From: the human T2T-CHM13v2.0 reference genome, Homo sapiens
NCBI RefSeq assembly: GCF_009914755.1
Contig: NC_060937.1
Reading direction: 5' to 3' (one strand)
Length of the DNA: 64,000 nucleotides
The position numbers were made by a program, and so were the translations under genes. Within the stretch, counting starts at the first letter, position 1, and each line of letters starts with the position of its first letter. Below, piece after piece: positions 1-10,400 of this stretch. The notes beneath the pieces were generated by a model. That model did not search any database, was not told where the DNA came from, and was given only the letters and a program-made list of their open reading frames with translations.

Positions 1-274
1 TCAAAACTGCTCTATCAATAGAAAGGTTCAACTCTTTTAGTTGAGTACACACATCACAAACAAGTTTCTGAGAATGCTTCTGTCTGGCTTTTATTGGAAG
101 ACGTTTCCTTTTCACCAAAGGCATCAAAGCGCTCCAAATGTCCACTTCCAGATTCTTCCAAAAGAGTGTTTGAAACGTGCTCAAAGTAAGGGAATGTTCA
201 ACTCTGTGACTTGAATGCAGATATCACCAAGTAGTTTCTAATAGTGCTTCTGTCTAGATTTTAGATGATGATAT

Positions 275-291
275 TCCCGTTTCCAACGAAA
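275..291 (-). promoter_or_regulatory. CENP-B box (unit offset 275; present in both 11-mers and 7-mers)
   Basis: + strand TCCCGTTTCCAACGAAA is the reverse complement of TTTCGTTGGAAACGGGA and satisfies NTTCGNNNNANNCGGGN. Confidence 0.97.
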
Positions 292-445
292 TCGTTAGAG
301 CTATCCAAATATCCACTTACAGTTTCTACAAAAAGAGTGTTTCCAAACTGCTGCATCAAAAGAAAGGTTCAACTCTGTTAGTTGAGGACACACATCACAA
401 AGAAGTTTGTGAGAATGCTTCTGTCTAGATTTTGTATGACCATAT

Positions 446-462
446 TCCCTTTTCCAGCGATA
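446..462 (-). promoter_or_regulatory. Degenerate, predicted non-binding CENP-B-like box in the 'extra' monomer
   Basis: TCCCTTTTCCAGCGATA lies 171 bp after the box at 275. Two essential positions are lost (CCCG>CCCT, CGAA>CGAT). 7-mers read TCCCTTTTCCAACGATA here. Confidence 0.75.
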
Positions 463-535
463 TCATTAAAGCAATCTAAATATCCATTTGCAGAATCCAC
501 AAAATTAGAGTTTCAAAGCTGCTCTGTAAAAAGAA

Positions 536-825
536 AGGTTCCACTCTGTTAGCTGAGTACACACATCACAAACTTGTTTCTCAGAATCCTTCTGTCTCGT
601 TTTTATGGGAAGATATTTACTTTTTCACCGTAGGCATCAAAGCGCTCCAAATGTCCACATCCAGATACTCCAGAAAGAGTGTTTCAAACCTGCTCTATGA
701 AAGGGAATCTTCAACTCTATGAGTTGAATGCAGACATCAGAAAGAAATTTCTGAGAATGCTGCTGTCTACCTTTTATTTGAATTCCCGCTTCCAACGAAA
801 TCCTCCAAGCTATCCAAATATCCAC
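536..825. repeat. Intra-HOR direct repeat, copy 1 (~290 bp; pairs with 1216-1505, offset 680)
   Basis: aggttccactctgttagctgagtac...tatccaaatatccac matches 1216-1505 except for A605/C1285. Confidence 0.93.
784..800 (-). promoter_or_regulatory. CENP-B box
   Basis: TCCCGCTTCCAACGAAA on +. Confidence 0.97.
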
Positions 826-1125
826 CTGCATTTTCCACAAAAAGAGCGTTTCAAAACTGCTCTATCAATAGAAATGTTCAACTCCTTTGGCTGGGTACAC
901 ACATCACAAACAAGTTTCTGAGAATGCTTCTGTCTAGTTTTTATGGGAAGACATTCCCTTTTTCACCAAAGGCATCAAAGCGCTCCAAATGTCCACTTCC
1001 AGACACTACAAAAAGAGTGTTTCCAACGTGCTCTAAGAAAGCGAATGTTCAACTCTGTGACTTGAATGCAGATATCACAAAGTAGTTTCTGAGAGGGCTT
1101 CTGTCTAGATTTTAGATGATGATAT

Positions 1126-1142
1126 TCCCGTTTCCAACGAAA
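1126..1142 (-). promoter_or_regulatory. CENP-B box (11-mer-specific segment)
   Basis: TCCCGTTTCCAACGAAA on +. Confidence 0.97.
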
Positions 1143-1215
1143 TCATTAGAGCTATCCAAATATCCACTTACAGTTTCTACAAAAAGAGTATTTCCAAACT
1201 GCTGCATCAAAAGAG

Positions 1216-1505
1216 AGGTTCCACTCTGTTAGCTGAGTACACACATCACAAACTTGTTTCTCAGAATCCTTCTGTCTCGTTTTTCTGGGAAGATATTTAC
1301 TTTTTCACCGTAGGCATCAAAGCGCTCCAAATGTCCACATCCAGATACTCCAGAAAGAGTGTTTCAAACCTGCTCTATGAAAGGGAATCTTCAACTCTAT
1401 GAGTTGAATGCAGACATCAGAAAGAAATTTCTGAGAATGCTGCTGTCTACCTTTTATTTGAATTCCCGCTTCCAACGAAATCCTCCAAGCTATCCAAATA
1501 TCCAC
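1216..1505. repeat. Intra-HOR direct repeat, copy 2
   Basis: Near-identical to 536-825. The ORF track shows the same peptide starting at 679 and 1359. Confidence 0.93.
1464..1480 (-). promoter_or_regulatory. CENP-B box
   Basis: TCCCGCTTCCAACGAAA on +. Confidence 0.97.
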
Positions 1506-1803
1506 TTGCAGATTCCACAAAAAGAGTGTTTCAAAACTGCTCTCTATCAATGGCAAAGTTCAACTCTGTTAGTTGAGGACACATATCACCAACAAGTTTC
1601 TGAGAATGCTTCTGTCTATTTTTTATGGGAAGATATTTCCTTTTTCACCGTAGGCGTCAAGGCGATCGAAATGTCCACTTCCACAAACTACAAAAAGAGT
1701 GTTTCAAACCTGCTCTATGAAAGGCCATGTTCATCTCTATGAGTCGAATGGAAATATCCGAAAGAAATTTCTGGGAATGCTGCTGTCTAGTTTTTATACG
1801 AAT

Positions 1804-1820
1804 TCCCGCTTCCAACGAAA
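1804..1820 (-). promoter_or_regulatory. CENP-B box. There are 5 boxes per 11-mer and 3 per 7-mer, giving about 166 in the window (18x5 + 25x3 + 1).
   Basis: TCCCGCTTCCAACGAAA on +. The total is extrapolated from the unit structure. Confidence 0.95.
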
Positions 1821-4800
1821 TCCTCAAAGCAATCCAAATATCCACTTGCAGAATCCACAAAAAGAGTGTTTCAAAACTGCTCTATCAATAGAAAGGTTCA
1901 ACTCTTTTAGTTGAGTACACACATCACAAACAAGTTTCTGAGAATGCTTCTGTCTGGCTTTTATTGGAAGACGTTTCCTTTTCACCAAAGGCATCAAAGC
2001 GCTCCAAATGTCCACTTCCAGATTCTTCCAAAAGAGTGTTTGAAACGTGCTCAAAGTAAGGGAATGTTCAACTCTGTGACTTGAATGCAGATATCACCAA
2101 GTAGTTTCTAATAGTGCTTCTGTCTAGATTTTAGATGATGATATTCCCGTTTCCAACGAAATCGTTAGAGCTATCCAAATATCCACTTACAGTTTCTACA
2201 AAAAGAGTGTTTCCAAACTGCTGCATCAAAAGAAAGGTTCAACTCTGTTAGTTGAGGACACACATCACAAAGAAGTTTGTGAGAATGCTTCTGTCTAGAT
2301 TTTGTATGACCATATTCCCTTTTCCAGCGATATCATTAAAGCAATCTAAATATCCATTTGCAGAATCCACAAAAATAGAGTTTCAAAGCTGCTCTGTAAA
2401 AAGAAAGGTTCCACTCTGTTAGCTGAGTACACACATCACAAACTTGTTTCTCAGAATCCTTCTGTCTCGTTTTTATGGGAAGATATTTACTTTTTCACCG
2501 TAGGCATCAAAGCGCTCCAAATGTCCACATCCAGATACTCCAGAAAGAGTGTTTCAAACCTGCTCTATGAAAGGGAATCTTCAACTCTATGAGTTGAATG
2601 CAGACATCAGAAAGAAATTTCTGAGAATGCTGCTGTCTACCTTTTATTTGAACTCCCGCTTCCAACGAAATCCTCCAAGCTATCCAAATATCCACTTGCA
2701 TTTTCCACAAAAAGAGTGCTTCAAAACTGCTCTATCAATAAATGTTCAACTCCTTTAGCTGGGTGCACACATCATAAACAAGTTTCTGAGAATGCTTCTG
2801 TCTAGTTTTTATGGGAAGACATTCCCTTTTTCACCAAAGGCATCAAAGCGCTCCAAATGTCCACTTCCAGACACTACAAAAAGAGTGTTTCCAACGTGCT
2901 CTAAGAAAGCGAATGTTCAACTCTGTGACTTGAATGCAGATATCACAAAGTAGTTTCTGAGAGGGCTTCTGTCTAGATTTTAGATGATGATATTCCCGTT
3001 TCCAACGAAATCATTAGAGCTATCCAAATATCCACTTACAGTTTCTACAAAAAGAGTGTTTCCAAACTGCTGCATCAAAAGAGAGGTTCCACTCTGTTAG
3101 CTGAGTACACACATCACAAACTTGTTTCTGAGAATCCTTCTGTGTCGTTTTTATGGGAAGATATTTACTTTTTCACCGTAGGCATCAAAGCGCTCCAAAT
3201 GTCCACATCCAGATACTCCAGAAAGAGTGTTTCAAACCTGCTCTATGAAAGGGAATCTTCAACTCTATGAGTTGAATGCAGACATCAGAAAGAAATTTCT
3301 GAGAATGCTGCTGTCTACCTTTTATTTGAATTCCCGCTTCCAACGAAATCCTCCAAGCTATCCAAATATCCACTTGCAGATTCCACAAAAAGAGTGTTTC
3401 AAAACTGCTCTCTATCAATGGCAAAGTTCAACTCTGTTAGTTGAGGACACATATCACCAACAAGTTTCTGAGAATGCTTCTGTCTATTTTTTATGGGAAG
3501 ATATTTCCTTTTTCACCGTAGGCGTCAAGGCGATCGAAATGTCCACTTCCACAAACTACAAAAAGAGTGTTTCAAACCTGCTCTACGAAAGGCCATGTTC
3601 ATCTCTATGAGTCGAATGGAAATATCCGAAAGAAATTTCTGGGAATGCTGCTGTCTAGTTTTTATACGAATTCCCGCTTCCAACGAAATCCTCAAAGCAA
3701 TCCAAATATCCACTTGCAGAATCCACAAAAAGAGTGTTTCAAAACTGCTCTATCAATAGAAAGGTTCAACTCTTTTAGTTGAGTACACACATCACAAACA
3801 AGTTTCTGAGAATGCTTCTGTCTGGCTTTTATTGGAAGACGTTTCCTTTTCACCAAAGGCATCAAAGCGCTCCAAATGTCCACTTCCAGATTCTTCCAAA
3901 AGAGTGTTTGAAACGTGCTCAAAGTAAGGGAATGTTCAACTCTGTGACTTGAATGCAGATATCACCAAGTAGTTTCTAATAGTGCTTCTGTCTAGATTTT
4001 AGATGATGATATTCCCGTTTCCAACGAAATCGTTAGAGCTATCCAAATATCCACTTACAGTTTCTACAAAAAGAGTGTTTCCAAACTGCTGCATCAAAAG
4101 AAAGGTTCAACTCTGTTAGTTGAGGACACACATCACAAAGAAGTTTGTGAGAATGCTTCTGTCTAGATTTTGTATGACCATATTCCCTTTTCCAGCGATA
4201 TCATTAAAGCAATCTAAATATCCATTTGCAGAATCCACAAAAATAGAGTTTCAAAGCTGCTCTGTAAAAAGAAAGGTTCCACTCTGTTAGCTGAGTACAC
4301 ACATCACAAACTTGTTTCTGAGAATCCTTCTGTCTCGTTTTTATGGGAAGATATTTACTTTTTCACCGTAGGCATCAAAGCGCTCCAAATGTCCACATCC
4401 AGATACTCCAGAAAGAGTGTTTCAAACCTGCTCTATGAAAGGGAATCTTCAACTCTATGAGTTGAATGCAGACATCAGAAAGAAATTTCTGAGAATGCTG
4501 CTGTCTACCTTTTATTTGAATTCCCGCTTCCAACGAAATCCTCCAAGCTATCCAAATATCCACCTGCATTTTCCACAAAAAGAGCGTTTCAAAACTGCTC
4601 TATCAATAGAAATGTTCAACTCCTTTGGCTGGGTACACACATCACAAACAAGTTTCTGAGAATGCTTCTGTCTAGTTTTTATGGGAAGACATTCCCTTTT
4701 TCACCAAAGGCATCAAAGCGCTCCAAATGTCCACTTCCAGACACTACAAAAAGAGTGTTTCCAACGTGCTCTAAGAAAGCGAATGTTCAACTCTGTGACT

Positions 4801-7478
4801 TGAATGCAGATATCACAAAGTAGTTTCTGAGAGGGCTTCTGTCTAGATTTTAGATGATGATATTCCCGTTTCCAACGAAATCATTAGAGCTATCCAAATA
4901 TCCACTTACAGTTTCTACAAAAAGAGTGTTTCCAAACTGCTGCATCAAAAGAGAGGTTCCACTCTGTTAGCTGAGTACACACATCACAAACTTGTTTCTC
5001 AGAATCCTTCTGTCTCGTTTTTCTGGGAAGATATTTACTTTTTCACCGTAGGCATCAAAGCGCTCCAAATGTCCACATCCAGATACTCCAGAAAGAGTGT
5101 TTCAAACCTGCTCTATGAAAGGGAATCTTCAACTCTATGAGTTGAATGCAGACATCAGAAAGAAATTTCTGAGAATGCTGCTGTCTACCTTTTATTTGAA
5201 TTCCCGCTTCCAACGAAATCCTCCAAGCTATCCAAATATCCACTTGCAGATTCCACAAAAAGAGTGTTTCAAAACTGCTCTCTATCAATGGCAAAGTTCA
5301 ACTCTGTTAGTTGAGGACACATATCACCAACAAGTTTCTGAGAATGCTTCTGTCTATTTTTTATGGGAAGATATTTCCTTTTTCACCGTAGGCGTCAAGG
5401 CGATCGAAATGTCCACTTCCACAAACTACAAAAAGAGTGTTTCAAACCTGCTCTATGAAAGGCCATGTTCATCTCTATGAGTCGAATGGAAATATCCGAA
5501 AGAAATTTCTGGGAATGCTGCTGTCTAGTTTTTATACGAATTCCCGCTTCCAACGAAATCCTCAAAGCAATCCAAATATCCACTTGCAGAATCCACAAAA
5601 AGAGTGTTTCAAAACTGCTCTATCAATAGAAAGGTTCAACTCTTTTAGTTGAGTACACACATCACAAACAAGTTTCTGAGAATGCTTCTGTCTGGCTTTT
5701 ATTGGAAGACGTTTCCTTTTCACCAAAGGCATCAAAGCGCTCCAAATGTCCACTTCCAGATTCTTCCAAAAGAGTGTTTGAAACGTGCTCAAAGTAAGGG
5801 AATGTTCAACTCTGTGACTTGAATGCAGATATCACCAAGTAGTTTCTAATAGTGCTTCTGTCTAGATTTTAGATGATGATATTCCCGTTTCCAACGAAAT
5901 CGTTAGAGCTATCCAAATATCCACTTACAGTTTCTACAAAAACAGTGTTTCCAAACTGCTGCATCAAAAGAAAGGTTCAACTCTGTTAGTTGAGGACACA
6001 CATCACAAAGAAGTTTGTGAGAATGCTTCTGTCTAGATTTTGTATGACCATATTCCCTTTTCCAGCGATATCATTAAAGCAATCTAAATATCCATTTGCA
6101 GAATCCACAAAAATAGAGTTTCAAAGCTGCTCTGTAAAAAGAAAGGTTCCACTCTGTTAGCTGAGTACACACATCACAAACTTGTTTCTCAGAATCCTTC
6201 TGTCTCGTTTTTATGGGAAGATATTTACTTTTTCACCGTAGGCATCAAAGCGCTCCAAATGTCCACATCCAGATACTCCAGAAAGAGTGTTTCAAACCTG
6301 CTCTATGAAAGGGAATCTTCAACTCTATGAGTTGAATGCAGACATCAGAAAGAAATTTCTGAGAATGCTGCTGTCTACCTTTTATTTGAATTCCCGCTTC
6401 CAACGAAATCCTCCAAGCTATCCAAATATCCACCTGCATTTTCCACAAAAAGAGCGTTTCAAAACTGCTCTATCAATAGAAATGTTCAACTCCTTTGGCT
6501 GGGTACACACATCACAAACAAGTTTCTGAGAATGCTTCTGTCTAGTTTTTATGGGAAGACATTCCCTTTTTCACCAAAGGCATCAAAGCGCTCCAAATGT
6601 CCACTTCCAGACACTACAAAAAGAATGTTTCCAACGTGCTCTAAGAAAGCGAATGTTCAACTCTGTGACTTGAATGCAGATATCACAAAGTAGTTTCTGA
6701 GAGGGCTTCTGTCTAGATTTTAGATGATGATATTCCCGTTTCCAACGAAATCATTAGAGCTATCCAAATATCCACTTACAGTTTCTACAAAAAGAGTGTT
6801 TCCAAACTGCTGCATCAAAAGAGAGGTTCCACTCTGTTAGCTGAGTACACACATCACAAACTTGTTTCTCAGAATCCTTCTGTCTCGTTTTTCTGGGAAG
6901 ATATTTACTTTTTCACCGTAGGCATCAAAGCGCTCCAAATGTCCACATCCAGATACTCCAGAAAGAGTGTTTCAAACCTGCTCTATGAAAGGGAATCTTC
7001 AACTCTATGAGTTGAATGCAGACATCAGAAAGAAATTTCTGAGAATGCTGCTGTCTACCTTTTATTTGAATTCCCGCTTCCAACGAAATCCTCCAAGCTA
7101 TCCAAATATCCACTTGCAGATTCCACAAAAAGAGTGTTTCAAAACTGCTCTCTATCAATGGCAAAGTTCAACTCTGTTAGTTGAGGACACATATCACCAA
7201 CAAGTTTCTGAGAATGCTTCTGTCTATTTTTTATGGGAAGATATTTCCTTTTTCACCGTAGGCGTCAAGGCGATCGAAATGTCCACTTCCACAAACTACA
7301 AAAAGAGTGTTTCAAACCTGCTCTATGAAAGGCCATGTTCATCTCTATGAGTCGAATGGAAATATCCGAAAGAAATTTCTGGGAATGCTGCTGTCTAGTT
7401 TTTATACGAATTCCCGCTTCCAACGAAATCCTCAAAGCAATCCAAATATCCACTTGCAGAATCCACAAAAAGAGTGTT

Positions 7479-10400
7479 TCAAAACTGCTCTATCAATAGA
7501 AAGGTTCAACTCTTTTAGTTGAGTACACACATCACAAACAAGTTTCTGAGAATGCTTCTGTCTGGCTTTTATTGGAAGACGTTTCCTTTTCACCAAAGGC
7601 ATCAAAGCGCTCCAAATGTCCACTTCCAGATTCTTCCAAAAGAGTGTTTGAAACGTGCTCAAAGTAAGGGAATGTTCAACTCTGTGACTTGAATGCAGAT
7701 ATCACCAAGTAGTTTCTAATAGTGCTTCTGTCTAGATTTTAGATGATGATATTCCCGTTTCCAACGAAATCGTTAGAGCTATCCAAATATCCACTTACAG
7801 TTGCTACAAAAACAGTGTTTCCAAACTGCTGCATCAAAAGAAAGGTTCAACTCTGTTAGTTGAGGACACACGTCACAAAGAAGTTTGTGAGAATGCTTCT
7901 GTCTAGATTTTGTATGACGATATTCCCTTTTCCAACGATATCATTAAAGCAATCTAAATATCCATTTGCAGAATCCACAAAAATAGAGTTTCAAAGCTGC
8001 TCTGTAAAAAGAAAGGTTCCACTCTGTTAGCTGAGTACACACATCACAAACTTGTTTCTCAGAATCCTTCTGTCTCGTTTTTCTGGGAAGATATTTACTT
8101 TTTCACCGTAGGCATCAAAGCGCTCCAAATGTCCACATCCAGATACTCCAGAAAGAGTGTTTCAAACCTGCTCTATGAAAGGGAATCTTCAACTCTATGA
8201 GTTGAATGCAGACATCAGAAAGAAATTTCTGAGAATGCTGCTGTCTACCTTTTATTTGAATTCCCGCTTCCAACGAAATCCTCCAAGCTATCCAAATATC
8301 CACTTGCAGATTCCACAAAAAGAGTGTTTCAAAACTGCTCTCTATCAATGGCAAAGTTCAACTCTGTTAGTTGAGGACACATATCACCAACAAGTTTCTG
8401 AGAATGCTTCTGTCTATTTTTTATGGGAAGATATTTCCTTTTTCACCGTAGGCGTCAAGGCGATCGAAATGTCCACTTCCACAAACTACAAAAAGAGTGT
8501 TTCAAACCTGCTCTATGAAAGGCCATGTTCATCTCTATGAGTCGAATGGAAATATCCGAAAGAAATTTCTGGGAATGCTGCTGTCTAGTTTTTATACGAA
8601 TTCCCGCTTCCAACGAAATCCTCAAAGCAATCCAAATATCCACTTGCAGAATCCACAAAAAGAGTGTTTCAAAACTGCTCTATCAATAGAAAGGTTCAAC
8701 TCTTTTAGTTGAGTACACACATCACAAACAAGTTTCTGAGAATGCTTCTGTCTGGCTTTTATTGGAAGACGTTTCCTTTTCACCAAAGGCATCAAAGCGC
8801 TCCAAATGTCCACTTCCAGATTCTTCCAAAAGAGTGTTTGAAACGTGCTCAAAGTAAGGGAATGTTCAACTCTGTGACTTGAATGCAGATATCACCAAGT
8901 AGTTTCTAATAGTGCTTCTGTCTAGATTTTAGATGATGATATTCCCGTTTCCAACGAAATCGTTAGAGCTATCCAAATATCCACTTACAGTTTCTACAAA
9001 AAGAGTGTTTCCAAACTGCTGCATCAAAAGAAAGGTTCAACTCTGTTAGTTGAGGACACACATCACAAAGAAGTTTGTGAGAATGCTTCTGTCTAGATTT
9101 TGTATGACCATATTCCCTTTTCCAGCGATATCATTAAAGCAATCTAAATATCCATTTGCAGAATCCACAAAAATAGAGTTTCAAAGCTGCTCTGTAAAAA
9201 GAAAGGTTCCACTCTGTTAGCTGAGTACACACATCACAAACTTGTTTCTCAGAATCCTTCTGTCTCGTTTTTATGGGAAGATATTTACTTTTTCACCGTA
9301 GGCATCAAAGCGCTCCAAATGTCCACATCCAGATACTCCAGAAAGAGTGTTTCAAACCTGCTCTATGAAAGGGAATCTTCAACTCTATGAGTTGAATGCA
9401 GACATCAGAAAGAAATTTCTGAGAATGCTGCTGTCTACCTTTTATTTGAATTCCCGCTTCCAACGAAATCCTCCAAGCTATCCAAATATCCACCTGCATT
9501 TTCCACAAAAAGAGCGTTTCAAAACTGCTCTATCAATAGAAATGTTCAACTCCTTTGGCTGGGTACACACATCACAAACAAGTTTCTGAGAATGCTTCTG
9601 TCTAGTTTTTATGGGAAGACATTCCCTTTTTCACCAAAGGCATCAAAGCGCTCCAAATGTCCACTTCCAGACACTACAAAAAGAGTGTTTCCAACGTGCT
9701 CTAAGAAAGCGAATGTTCAACTCTGTGACTTGAATGCAGATATCACAAAGTAGTTTCTGAGAGGGCTTCTGTCTAGATTTTAGATGATGATATTCCCGTT
9801 TCCAACGAAATCATTAGAGCTATCCAAATATCCACTTACAGTTTCTACAAAAAGAGTGTTTCCAAACTGCTGCATCAAAAGAGAGGTTCCACTCTGTTAG
9901 CTGAGTACACACATCACAAACTTGTTTCTCAGAATCCTTCTGTCTCGTTTTTCTGGGAAGATATTTACTTTTTCACCGTAGGCATCAAAGCGCTCCAAAT
10001 GTCCACATCCAGATACTCCAGAAAGAGTGTTTCAAACCTGCTCTATGAAAGGGAATCTTCAACTCTATGAGTTGAATGCAGACATCAGAAAGAAATTTCT
10101 GAGAATGCTGCTGTCTACCTTTTATTTGAATTCCCGCTTCCAACGAAATCCTCCAAGCTATCCAAATATCCACTTGCAGATTCCACAAAAAGAGTGTTTC
10201 AAAACTGCTCTCTATCAATGGCAAAGTTCAACTCTGTTAGTTGAGGACACATATCACCAACAAGTTTCTGAGAATGCTTCTGTCTATTTTTTATGGGAAG
10301 ATATTTCCTTTTTCACCGTAGGCGTCAAGGCGATCGAAATGTCCACTTCCACAAACTACAAAAAGAGTGTTTCAAACCTGCTCTATGAAAGGCCATGTTC

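Larger units (their letters stand above)
1..7478 (-). repeat. Four 11-mer HORs: U1 A (1-1870), U2 B (1871-3738), U3 A (3739-5608), U4 A (5609-7478)
   Basis: The unit-start motif tcaaaactgctctatcaatagaaaggttcaactcttttag recurs at 1, 1871, 3739, 5609 and 7479. U2 carries a 2-bp deletion (aatagaaatg>aataaatg). Confidence 0.95.

Noticed and set aside
446-462. Sixth functional CENP-B box, possibly restored in 7-mers by 457A
   Set aside because: Position 457 is not one of the nine essential nucleotides, and both alleles still lack the essential CCCG and CGAA matches.
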